62,116 nucleotides of DNA from a virus (lineage: Duplodnaviria; Caudoviricetes), in IMG/VR virus record IMGVR_UViG_3300021420_000004, positions 1-62,116 of that record, one strand, 5' to 3'. The stretch's first letter is position 1; each line of letters starts with the position of its first letter. Below, one piece after another: positions 46,039 through 55,579 of this stretch. Both the position numbers and the translations under genes were made by a program. A model generated the notes under the pieces. That model ran no database searches. It was not told the origin of the DNA and worked only from the letters and a program-made list of their open reading frames with translations.

Positions 46039-49000
46039 GACATCTAAAGCTGATCCTCGCTCTCCTTCTTCTTTCGACGATGGCCGTCGGGCAATCTTCC
46101 AGCGGCGGCGGATCGGGCCTGCCAAACGCTACCGGAGTCAGCCAGTGTCTTCTGTCCTTGGCGAACGGGAGTCCCGCTTCCATCTGGGGATCGTGCTCGG
46201 GGTCGGCATCGACGAACTGGTCGGCGCTGGTTGCAGGGACCAACACCGCAGGTGGGAATTACCTCGTCGGAGCTGGCTCGGCGATCAACACGACTAGCAC
46301 CGGGACGATCAACGCCACGGGACTCAACTTTGGCGCAACCGGAATCACACTCGGCACCGCTCCGACCTCCAGCCAAGTCCTCGAATACAACGGGACGAAT
46401 ATCGTCGGACTCACCCTCGCCGCTGGTTCTGGCCTCAACTATTCCGCTGGGACCTTCAGCATCCCTGCGCTGGGCGTCACGAACGCGATGCTAGCGAATT
46501 CCGCAATCACCGTTCAAGGACAGTCTACATCGCTCGGCGGATCGGTCAATATCAACAGCGTAACCACCGCACATGGCGTGGCGTTGAATGAAGGCGCAGC
46601 GACTCAACTCGGCGGGACCGCCGTCGGCGCAACCGGAACCGTTCTGCTAGGCAACACGGGAGCTGACCCCAGCTTTGGCGCGGTTCCGAACGCCAATCTA
46701 GCTAACTCCACCATCACCATCGCAGGGACTTCCGTCGCGCTTGGCGGATCGACCAGCAGCTTGCCCTCACCAGGAGCCATCGGAGGCACAACGCCAGCGG
46801 CGGGCAACTTTACCACGCTCGGCGCTACTAGCAACCTCACCACCAATGTGACCGGCGGTGGAACCCAATGCCTACAAGCAAGCAACACAGGCGTCGTGAG
46901 TGGGACTGGTTCCGCGTGCGGCTCTGGCGGCGGGTCTCCGATCACAGTCAACGGCGGATCGGCGCTCACTGGAACGGTTAATCTTCAGAATGGATCAGCC
47001 GTCGATGGGATCACGATTAACGCATCGAACCCATCTGCGTCGAACGTGGCGTTCGCCATCAGTGGGTCGCTTACCAACGCAGGCCTCGCCAACTCCTCGA
47101 TCACCACATCTTGTACCTCCCCGCTCAACTGTAGCGGATCGGTCGCGCTTGGCGGGTCCAACACTTTCAATTTCATCACCACGCCGCTCACCGGACAGGG
47201 ACTCGTAGCGACCAACGGCAGCCAGCCTTCCTTCTCATCTCCCGGCGTGCAGGACAGCGTGAACTCCCCCGTCACATCCGCGTCCTATACTCTCGCCTGC
47301 GATTCCGGCACGGCCCTTGTGGATCGCGCCCACCTTGTTCGATTCCAATCCGGTGCGAGCACTCCGGTTGTTCCCTTGAGCACGGCGTCTGGCTGCACGG
47401 GGGGATTCGTCACCACGGTATTCGACGACGGCGCTGGCTCGCTGGTATTCGGTCGCACCTCCCCAGACACCTTCAGCGTCTTCAATGGCTCAACCGCGTC
47501 TGACGGACAGACCTCGTTCACGCTGACCAACGGCCAATACGCCACCCTCACCCAAGGCGCATCCGGCATCTGGGAGGTCCGGGTAACCTCCGCCGGAACC
47601 GGACTCGCAGGCTCTATTTCGACGAACCAAGTAGCCTATGCGACTGGGACTAATACCGTCGGTGGATTCTCTCTTCCCGTCGGCGATTGGGTAGCAGGTA
47701 CATCCACGAATCCCATCGCGCAAGCGAAGACTTGGGTCGATATCCGTGACGCCAATCCCGCCATCGCCGGAGACTTCTGTGACGCTCTCAACTATCTCGG
47801 CAATCTCTATGGCACCGGCGTGTGGATCGACGCGACCAATCCCGGCGGATACCTCGACACAACCGGAGGGATCGACCGCGTGTATTGCACGCATGGGCCA
47901 TGGGGCGCGATCCCTCCGGCGACCTTCACCAACTACACCAACCTCGGCGCGGGATTCCAGTTCAATATCAAACTGGGGAACTATCAAATCGTTAGCGGTG
48001 ACGCATGGTGGATTCCCTCGGGCGCGAATTTCGTCTACGGCGCACCGCAATCCGCGTCAGCGTCTCCCTTGAACGGGACGGTTATCCTCCCTTGCTATGG
48101 ATCGACGAACGCGAGCAGTCTGATTACCACCTGCACCAATAACAGTACGCTCGGCGCGGGAGCGACTATTCCGGCGGTAACCACAACACCGAATATCGCC
48201 GTGGGTGGGCCATTCATCGCCAACACGGTTTGCGATTCAACCACCGCCAATGCCGATAACGGATTCAGTAGTTGTGGAACGATTAACGGTTACAACGGTT
48301 CAACGGTGACAGTTAGCTGCACTGCGGCCAATCCTGCGGTCTGTACAGCTAGCGGAGGAACCCCATTCGTTTCTGGGGACGCCGGGGGATGGTTTATAAG
48401 TTGTGCCACAAGTGGTAGTCCGTCAGCGGCTTGCCCAAGTCTCACCAACGCAGCATATCAATATGTTTCCAGTTATCAGAGTAGTACGCAAATCACTCTT
48501 GCTGGAACTTGGGCGGGTGCGACTGCGACCGCGCTTCAAGCATGGACTATTATTCGTCCGAACGAATGGTGCTTCCTATGCGTCGGCATGATCGGGCAGC
48601 AGAACAACTCCTTCGCGCACGAGTTTAGGGATTTCCGCGTGGATACCGAAGGCGTGCCGCATGGCATCGGGATCTATTCGCAGAACGCGCAGGAGCGGGT
48701 GGCATTCTTGGATGTCCCAGTCAGCCTCAACTTCGCCATCTATAACACCGAGCCGATCACAACGAATCCCGGCTCGGATTCCTGCTGGGTGTTCGACCGC
48801 AACTACGCCACGTCCTCCCTGGGGTCGAACAATGCTGGGCCGAATCACCCGTCGATGACCCTCGGCGAATGTGATGTCACCAACGGCCAAGGGACGACCA
48901 GAGCCACCGCTCAGTCCAATCCTCCCATCGGCGGCGTGGCGTCCATGTGGTCTTACGGTCGCGGCAACGGGACGGACTTCCAGAACGGCATGTGGGACCC

Positions 49001-51773
49001 TGGCACGTTCAAGGGGATCGCCAACAATCCATTCCAGACCTGCATGTGGGTCGATGGCACGCAATCCTTTTGGAATGGCGGGACGCACTGCGAAGACGCC
49101 AGCATCGGCGTGGACGTGGGTGAGAATAATAAAACGCTCGGCGTTCACATCAATGACTTCCACGCGTCCAACTTCACCAGCGACACGGTTATCAAGTTCG
49201 GCTCGAACACACAGCAGAGCCAAGCGCATGTGATCGAGGTACAGACTTCGGGGAATACCCTGCTGAGTGATGTCAACGGGGCGGGGACGAATGGATGCGG
49301 ACTATCCTCGTGCTCCTACGCTTCCACTTCCGGCGATCTGATCTTGCAGGATTATGTGCAGGCGACCACGACGGGATCGACGTTTGGGACGCTCATCACG
49401 CCCAGTCTGACGATCAACGGCGCAACGAGCGGAACCGGGACCATCGGCGCTACAGCGACAGGAGGGACACTAGAGCTGAACGGCACGACAGCGGAGATCA
49501 CTTCATCCGGCGGCGCAACCTTTGCCAGCCTTACCGACACCGGCGTCACCGGATCAACGCAGTGCTTACAGGCCAATTCTTCGGGAGCCATTAGCGGCAC
49601 CGGAGCCGGATGCGGAAGCGGCGGATCGGTGACCAACTTCAGCGCGGGGAACCTATCGCCGCTGTTTACGACCAGCGTAGCGACATCGACGACCACGCCC
49701 GCGCTGACGTTCACCGCAAGCAACGCCGCGTCAGGGACCTTCCTTGGCAATAACACAAACGCCAGCGCCGCGCCCGCTTATGCGACACTGAGCGCGATCA
49801 ATCCTCAGACGACTACGTATCAGGTACTTGCAGCGGATTTCGCAGCATACAAGACTATCGCCGTAGCGTCGGGATCATTCACGATCACTCTCGTCGCCAG
49901 TGGAAGCCAGCCAGCGGCGGGGCAGTACATCAACGTCGTGAATTACGGCACTGGCACGGTGACCATTGCTCGGAGCGGACAGAGCATCAATGGCGCAAAC
50001 AGTTCCATCGTATTGAGTCCCGGCACGTCGATCAACTCCACCGGAGCGACGATCTGGTCGGACGGTACGAACTACGTCGCAGCAGTCGATGAGGATAACG
50101 CAGGCACGGGAACGGTTACCAGCGTAGCCACAACTTCCCCAATCACCGGAGGGACGTTTACCACCAGTGGGACGATTGCCTGTGCGACCTGTACTACGAG
50201 TGCGGCGGCAATCACGAATAACGTGATCCCAAAGGGAAGCGGCGGGGCACAAGGTATCGCCAACTCCTCAATCACGGACAACGGAACCACTATCGCCAGT
50301 GCAGAACAGATCGCCATCACGCAGACATCTGGGACATCAACAGGGTTCTCGCTCACCAATTCGACTGCCGCGACCAGTTCCGTCGCGCAGAGTTCCCCCT
50401 TCGACATCCGTACCGGGCAAACATGGCTGAATTATTTCCCGTCTACAAGTGGAGCATTCATCGCCGCCGCAAGTCAGGCTGATTGCTGGAGCCACCAAGT
50501 TACCGAGACGAATGGAACGAACGGGTCGAGTATCTACGTCCTGCTTCACAACAGCGCGGCGGATAATTGCCAAGGGAGTCCAGCCAACTCCTATCTTCAA
50601 ACTCCATTTGAATATAACTGGGGTGTGCAGACGCAGAGCCTCGCCCAACCTTCAACACCAGCCATTACTTGTTCTCCTACTTGCGCCTCAAGTCATACTT
50701 GGACCTATGAAGTCGCGGCCTGCACGGGCCCTGGCTGCACTCAGCCATCTGTCACAGGAAGCACTACGACCGGAGTTGCAACTCTGAGCACGAGCAGCTA
50801 CAACATCATCACTTGGTCGGTGACGCCGAATGCGGATTATTACAAGCTCTATCGCACGGTCTCTGGAGGAACACCATCGACGCTCGGCATAATCGCTGTC
50901 ATTCCATCCGGCTCAACCGCTTCAGGCGCGAGTTGCAGTTCGAGTACGTGCGTGGTCAACGATGAGGCGCTTGCTGGAGATACGACCACAGCGCAAGCCT
51001 ACAACTCTTCTGGCCAAGTTTATGTCGGCACCGGACCAGCAGTCGGCGGAGGCACGGGCGGCGGTATGTTTGGAACTGGCGGCACGGTTCCGAGCACACT
51101 AAGCGCGACTGCGGCAGGGTGGTATGTGGATGCTAACGATCTTTTCCATGTCGTAAACAGCACGACGGATGAGGGCGTTGCGCCTATTGGATGCTTATCA
51201 AAATGCTCCTTCGTGGTAGGAGCGCCGGGAATTTCTCCCGGTGAGAGCGTGGTCACAGGTGTAGCGGCAGGCAACACGGCTCTCTATACCCACTGGTATC
51301 GTTTTTACAATGATGTCACTCGCAAGCTAGGAACTACGTGCTTGACGGGCGTACAAACCGTTCTTGCCAGCGATCACCTTCATGCCGGAGTTTACTCCTT
51401 CAATGGGTCCAGCATCAGCGCAGCTCCGGTGTGGGATTGTGGTCAGCAATCAACCGCAACTGCCGGACAGGTTGCGAACACTTCCGTAACCGCATATACG
51501 ATGAGTCCGGGGTATTACTATATTGCTTTTTGTGCGGACACAGCCGCAACCTTCATCCCCTATGTCCTGCTCAACACCACAGCAGCAGCCAGTGGAGCAG
51601 CTACTTTCGGCGGCGGCGGCAGTCAAACGGCGCACAATATCGGCGTAGATTCGACCGATGTCTGCACAGCCGCCGCCGCAGCCTTACCATCCAGTCCGGC
51701 TATCGCCAATATCTCATTCACGGCTGGAACTACCGTGGTAGATGTGCCTTACATCGTGAGCGTGAATCCATGA
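46035..51773 (+). CDS. giant fibre/spike-like protein with signal peptide (about 1912 aa)
   Basis: MRHLKLILALLLLSTMAVG|Q; Thr/Ser/Gly-rich fibre repeats (VTNAMLANS.IT), many Cys pairs, beta-helix-like middle. Confidence 0.75.
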   Translation: MRHLKLILALLLLSTMAVGQSSSGGGSGLPNATGVSQCLLSLANGSPASIWGSCSGSASTNWSALVAGTNTAGGNYLVGAGSAINTTSTGTINATGLNFGATGITLGTAPTSSQVLEYNGTNIVGLTLAAGSGLNYSAGTFSIPALGVTNAMLANSAITVQGQSTSLGGSVNINSVTTAHGVALNEGAATQLGGTAVGATGTVLLGNTGADPSFGAVPNANLANSTITIAGTSVALGGSTSSLPSPGAIGGTTPAAGNFTTLGATSNLTTNVTGGGTQCLQASNTGVVSGTGSACGSGGGSPITVNGGSALTGTVNLQNGSAVDGITINASNPSASNVAFAISGSLTNAGLANSSITTSCTSPLNCSGSVALGGSNTFNFITTPLTGQGLVATNGSQPSFSSPGVQDSVNSPVTSASYTLACDSGTALVDRAHLVRFQSGASTPVVPLSTASGCTGGFVTTVFDDGAGSLVFGRTSPDTFSVFNGSTASDGQTSFTLTNGQYATLTQGASGIWEVRVTSAGTGLAGSISTNQVAYATGTNTVGGFSLPVGDWVAGTSTNPIAQAKTWVDIRDANPAIAGDFCDALNYLGNLYGTGVWIDATNPGGYLDTTGGIDRVYCTHGPWGAIPPATFTNYTNLGAGFQFNIKLGNYQIVSGDAWWIPSGANFVYGAPQSASASPLNGTVILPCYGSTNASSLITTCTNNSTLGAGATIPAVTTTPNIAVGGPFIANTVCDSTTANADNGFSSCGTINGYNGSTVTVSCTAANPAVCTASGGTPFVSGDAGGWFISCATSGSPSAACPSLTNAAYQYVSSYQSSTQITLAGTWAGATATALQAWTIIRPNEWCFLCVGMIGQQNNSFAHEFRDFRVDTEGVPHGIGIYSQNAQERVAFLDVPVSLNFAIYNTEPITTNPGSDSCWVFDRNYATSSLGSNNAGPNHPSMTLGECDVTNGQGTTRATAQSNPPIGGVASMWSYGRGNGTDFQNGMWDPGTFKGIANNPFQTCMWVDGTQSFWNGGTHCEDASIGVDVGENNKTLGVHINDFHASNFTSDTVIKFGSNTQQSQAHVIEVQTSGNTLLSDVNGAGTNGCGLSSCSYASTSGDLILQDYVQATTTGSTFGTLITPSLTINGATSGTGTIGATATGGTLELNGTTAEITSSGGATFASLTDTGVTGSTQCLQANSSGAISGTGAGCGSGGSVTNFSAGNLSPLFTTSVATSTTTPALTFTASNAASGTFLGNNTNASAAPAYATLSAINPQTTTYQVLAADFAAYKTIAVASGSFTITLVASGSQPAAGQYINVVNYGTGTVTIARSGQSINGANSSIVLSPGTSINSTGATIWSDGTNYVAAVDEDNAGTGTVTSVATTSPITGGTFTTSGTIACATCTTSAAAITNNVIPKGSGGAQGIANSSITDNGTTIASAEQIAITQTSGTSTGFSLTNSTAATSSVAQSSPFDIRTGQTWLNYFPSTSGAFIAAASQADCWSHQVTETNGTNGSSIYVLLHNSAADNCQGSPANSYLQTPFEYNWGVQTQSLAQPSTPAITCSPTCASSHTWTYEVAACTGPGCTQPSVTGSTTTGVATLSTSSYNIITWSVTPNADYYKLYRTVSGGTPSTLGIIAVIPSGSTASGASCSSSTCVVNDEALAGDTTTAQAYNSSGQVYVGTGPAVGGGTGGGMFGTGGTVPSTLSATAAGWYVDANDLFHVVNSTTDEGVAPIGCLSKCSFVVGAPGISPGESVVTGVAAGNTALYTHWYRFYNDVTRKLGTTCLTGVQTVLASDHLHAGVYSFNGSSISAAPVWDCGQQSTATAGQVANTSVTAYTMSPGYYYIAFCADTAATFIPYVLLNTTAAASGAATFGGGGSQTAHNIGVDSTDVCTAAAAALPSSPAIANISFTAGTTVVDVPYIVSVNP

Positions 51774-52822
51774 AAAGGCTTTTATTGCTCTTGTTCATCT
51801 TGCCTTGTTTTGCTCCTATAGCTCACGGGCAAAACTATCAGGGATGTCTGTTTGACGGTAATTCGGGTGCATTGAGTCTGGGCGGCGGCTGGACTTGTTA
51901 CAACGGCTCCTCGCAATTCAGTTTGACTGGGGTGTTGCCAGCTTTTCTAAATCCTCTTACGGCTGGCCACTCTCTTGTCGCTTGGTGCGGGAACGGCGCG
52001 AACGTGGCTGGGGCCACAGAATCCATAAGCGACAACGCAGGGAACACTTGGGATTGGGACACTATTCTCTATTCCGTCGCGGTCAGTGGATCGAAGACGG
52101 TGAACTATACCGCAGGCTGTACGGTCAGTGGAGGGACCGGGCCGGGTGGGGCGACTTGCAGCTCGACGATCAGCAGCGGCTCGGTCACGGCGATTACGGT
52201 CACTGCGCCCGGTATCTACTTTCATAGCGGCGGGACTGTCACCATCAGCGTTCCGAGTGGTTCCGGCCAAACATTTACGGCGACGATGGGCAATGCGACT
52301 TGGAACAGCCCGGCCACTAGTCAGTACACGTTGGGATGGGTTGTCAACTCCTTGGGCAAGGCATCTGGTTATCAAGTGACCTGTAGCAATACAGCAGGCT
52401 CCAATGACGGCGCGGTTATGGAAGTCGGTTACGGCGGAGGAGTAAGCCGAGGAATAGAAACCGGAGCATTGTCTCAGGCGCAAACCAATGGCGCTACAAC
52501 TGCTGCCGGAGGAACTTGTCCTTGTGCGGCGTTCAGCGGAAGTATCACCACCACAATCAACGGAGATTTGATTCTGGCCGCCATCAATAGCATCAACGGC
52601 GATTTGGATACATGGACATCGGGATTCTCGCACAATGTTTATAGTCTGACCGGGCCACAAACCACGGCAGGAGTGCAGAATTTTCAGTGGTCAGATACAA
52701 CAGCCAGCGACCTATATTTTACAGGAGTGATGGCTTTGGAGCCGTCCATCCCAGCGGGCAGCACTGTGTTGACTGGAACCACTGCGTTAATCAATTCAGT
52801 AAAGTTGGGTGCCTCTCAGTGA
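51770..52822 (+). CDS. signal-peptide-bearing beta-rich protein
   Basis: MKRLLLLLFILPCFAPIAHG|Q; G.VTAITVT.PG..; ATGA coupling. Confidence 0.7.
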   Translation: MKRLLLLLFILPCFAPIAHGQNYQGCLFDGNSGALSLGGGWTCYNGSSQFSLTGVLPAFLNPLTAGHSLVAWCGNGANVAGATESISDNAGNTWDWDTILYSVAVSGSKTVNYTAGCTVSGGTGPGGATCSSTISSGSVTAITVTAPGIYFHSGGTVTISVPSGSGQTFTATMGNATWNSPATSQYTLGWVVNSLGKASGYQVTCSNTAGSNDGAVMEVGYGGGVSRGIETGALSQAQTNGATTAAGGTCPCAAFSGSITTTINGDLILAAINSINGDLDTWTSGFSHNVYSLTGPQTTAGVQNFQWSDTTASDLYFTGVMALEPSIPAGSTVLTGTTALINSVKLGASQ

Positions 52823-54930
52823 GACATATATTTGCGGTGTTGTTGCTGTGTGGTGCGGCTTTGGCCGCGACCACTTATATTTCGCAGTCCGGCGGGAGCG
52901 TGAGCTGTGCGGGCGGAACACAAACGACGATCTCTCTCGCAACCTTCAATGCGAGTTCTCCGAGCGGCGGCAACACTTACATTTTCTGCGGTAACTTGAC
53001 GAGCGTGATTGCCCCAGCGGGATCGGGCGGGACAACGGGCAATCTGGTGACGCTTCAATTTGATTCTGCCTCTCATGCCAATGTAAGCATGTCGGCTGGA
53101 AATTGCCCAATCAGCGGAATTATCCAGCTTGGGAGTTGGTCCTACTACACCCTAAACGGAAACAGCACCGGAGCCGATGACGGGGATTTGACTGGCACCA
53201 TTCGTTGCATGGCGCAAGGCACCCCAGCGGCCACAATCACAAACATCACCTGCTCGGCAGGAACAGCGACTGTCACTGGGCCGTCCGCGTTTGGCTTCAC
53301 GCCGGGAAACGCAGCGACAACACCCAACCTCGTCATCTCAGGGAACAGCGTCTCCGCCTACAACACCACGATTACGGTCCTTGGCAACTCCAATGTTCAA
53401 ACCGGGACAAGTTTCACTTTCACTCCTAGTGGAGGATGTGCAGGGACGGGCAGCGGGGGTACGGTCGGAGTACTTTGTCCCAGCGGAAGTTTTTGTACAG
53501 ATACTACGGCGGCGACGGGGCTTTATCTCTCAGGGGGATCGAATTACACCGTTGAAAATATGAAGGTCTATTCGCTCTATGTACACACGAGCGTGGCCGA
53601 TTTGTTCAACCAGCCCTATCCTTACGCGGTCCAGTGGCTCGGAAACAACATCACGATCACCGGAAATATCTTCAAGGATTTCGGCTGGATCATTGGCGAA
53701 GGGAACACGATCACCTTCTCAAATAATCAGTGCATCAACTTTGACCATTGCTTTGCTTCCGGGGTGACGGCCCACAACGTGAACTACGGCCCTTACTACA
53801 TTTTCGACAATACCATGTCCCATGCGGTGACTTGGGACACTGGGACTACGGGAGCCTACCACCATGACGGTGTGCATCTCTTCGCTTACGTGAGCGGGGC
53901 TTACGATGCGACTACGTTTATCCATGACGTTTATATGTACAACAATCACTTCTCTGGAAATTGGGGGCCAATCAACGTCACAGCCCACATCTTTCAGGAA
54001 TACAACATCAAGAACGTCTGGATTTTTAACAACCTTTTCGACTGCTCGGCCAACCAGTGCGATTCCGGCATCGTCTACGGCGGAATCAATATGCACTTCT
54101 GGAACAATACGCTATTCGGGATTACCGAGGCAGGCTGCATTGCCAACGTGACCGCCTATGGCTACTCGTCGGGCGAGTGCAACAATGGGGCACTAACCGT
54201 CACAGGTAGCACGACGCTTTCCCAGCAGAACAATGTATGGACAACCGGCGAAATCCTTCCAGAGATCACCGCGACGGACGAAGGCGGCAGTAATCCCACG
54301 ACCATTGCAGCCTTGAGTAACAACGTCTACATGAATGGCGGCGGCACGGGGGGCAATCCTTGGAACTGGCAAGGCACGCCAAAGTCCAGCATAAGCGCAT
54401 GGAACACGGCGAGCGGAGAGACGAATGACGTTTATTCCGCGACGAACACGGTCAATTCAGGGACGTTGACGCTTCAGGCTGGCTCACCCGCTATCGGCGC
54501 GGGAGTGAATCTCCATTCCACTTGCAACGGGCAACCGAATCCAGGTCTGGGGGCATTGTGCTCAGATTATAACGGTAACTCTAGACCATCATCTGGAGCG
54601 TGGGACGCTGGAGCTATCAATTCTTCCAATACGGTAACAACTCCTCCAGCTCCCGCAACTATGTTCGTTCAACTCAATCAGCAACCAAAAGTCGAACTAG
54701 CTTGGGATGCCTCAACCAGTCAGGGAGTGAATTACAGCATCTTCCGCTCTGTCGCAGGTTCTCCGTTCAAGCTCATCAAGACAGGATTAAGCGATCTGTC
54801 GTGGACTGATACGGATGTGATTCGAGGCACGAAATATACATACGAGAATCAAGCGTATTATCCGCCTCCGTGCAACAATAATTGTAAGTCGGTGATGTCG
54901 GATCAGGTTAACGTGAACTGTTGCCAGTGA
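52819..54930 (+). CDS. signal-peptide-bearing parallel beta-helix protein with C-terminal Fn3-like domain (depolymerase/adhesin-like)
   Basis: MRHIFAVLLLCGAALA|A; HHDGVH, YNN.F, FNN.F, WNNT; LQAGSPAIGAG..D..GN.RP..AWDAGA; V.LAWDAS..Y.IFRS. Confidence 0.75.
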   Translation: MRHIFAVLLLCGAALAATTYISQSGGSVSCAGGTQTTISLATFNASSPSGGNTYIFCGNLTSVIAPAGSGGTTGNLVTLQFDSASHANVSMSAGNCPISGIIQLGSWSYYTLNGNSTGADDGDLTGTIRCMAQGTPAATITNITCSAGTATVTGPSAFGFTPGNAATTPNLVISGNSVSAYNTTITVLGNSNVQTGTSFTFTPSGGCAGTGSGGTVGVLCPSGSFCTDTTAATGLYLSGGSNYTVENMKVYSLYVHTSVADLFNQPYPYAVQWLGNNITITGNIFKDFGWIIGEGNTITFSNNQCINFDHCFASGVTAHNVNYGPYYIFDNTMSHAVTWDTGTTGAYHHDGVHLFAYVSGAYDATTFIHDVYMYNNHFSGNWGPINVTAHIFQEYNIKNVWIFNNLFDCSANQCDSGIVYGGINMHFWNNTLFGITEAGCIANVTAYGYSSGECNNGALTVTGSTTLSQQNNVWTTGEILPEITATDEGGSNPTTIAALSNNVYMNGGGTGGNPWNWQGTPKSSISAWNTASGETNDVYSATNTVNSGTLTLQAGSPAIGAGVNLHSTCNGQPNPGLGALCSDYNGNSRPSSGAWDAGAINSSNTVTTPPAPATMFVQLNQQPKVELAWDASTSQGVNYSIFRSVAGSPFKLIKTGLSDLSWTDTDVIRGTKYTYENQAYYPPPCNNNCKSVMSDQVNVNCCQ

Positions 54931-54949
54931 GAGTACAATAGGACGGAAT

Positions 54950-55579
54950 ATGGGATCACCACTCAGCGCGATCTTCTCCCTCTTCTCCGGCTCCAGCGCG
55001 AACACGGACCGGAAGAACCAACTCGCGGGATTCGGCGATCTTAACAATGTGTTCAACTTCGCGCTACCGAATGCCGAGGCGGGGTATAACGCGGGGCAGG
55101 CGACACAGAAGCAGGCGCTTAGTCAGTTGTCGTCGCCAGCGCAGTATTATCAATCGCTGCTGAGCGGGAATCGCCAGCAGACGCAGCAGGCGGTTGCTCC
55201 GGTCGCATCGGCGGTGAACGCTCAAGCCGACGCGCAGAAGAAGCAGATCGCCAACTCTGGGACCGCTCGCGGCGGGGGAGTAAACGCCGTCGGGCAGCAG
55301 ATCGAGACGAATAAGAACGCGACGGTAGACACGGCGATCAATCAAGCGAAGCAAGGCGCGGCGGCGGGAGCGACCGGCGTGGCTGGCGCGACGAGCAAGG
55401 TGGGGGATTCGCAGTTAAGCGCGGCGTTGAACCTGTTAGGGATTGGGAATAACGCGGCGGCTAATCTGACCAAACAGGCTGGGGAGTCGCGGCTCACGTC
55501 GAACGACTTACATAATCAGAACGCGCAGAACGCTTCGTCAACTGTCGGCACACTCCTTGATCTAGGACTATCACTCTAA
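54950..55579 (+). CDS. putative DNA ejection/pilot protein
   Basis: Ala/Gln/Gly-rich helical protein; GTARGGG; follows the tail genes. Confidence 0.55.
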   Translation: MGSPLSAIFSLFSGSSANTDRKNQLAGFGDLNNVFNFALPNAEAGYNAGQATQKQALSQLSSPAQYYQSLLSGNRQQTQQAVAPVASAVNAQADAQKKQIANSGTARGGGVNAVGQQIETNKNATVDTAINQAKQGAAAGATGVAGATSKVGDSQLSAALNLLGIGNNAAANLTKQAGESRLTSNDLHNQNAQNASSTVGTLLDLGLSL

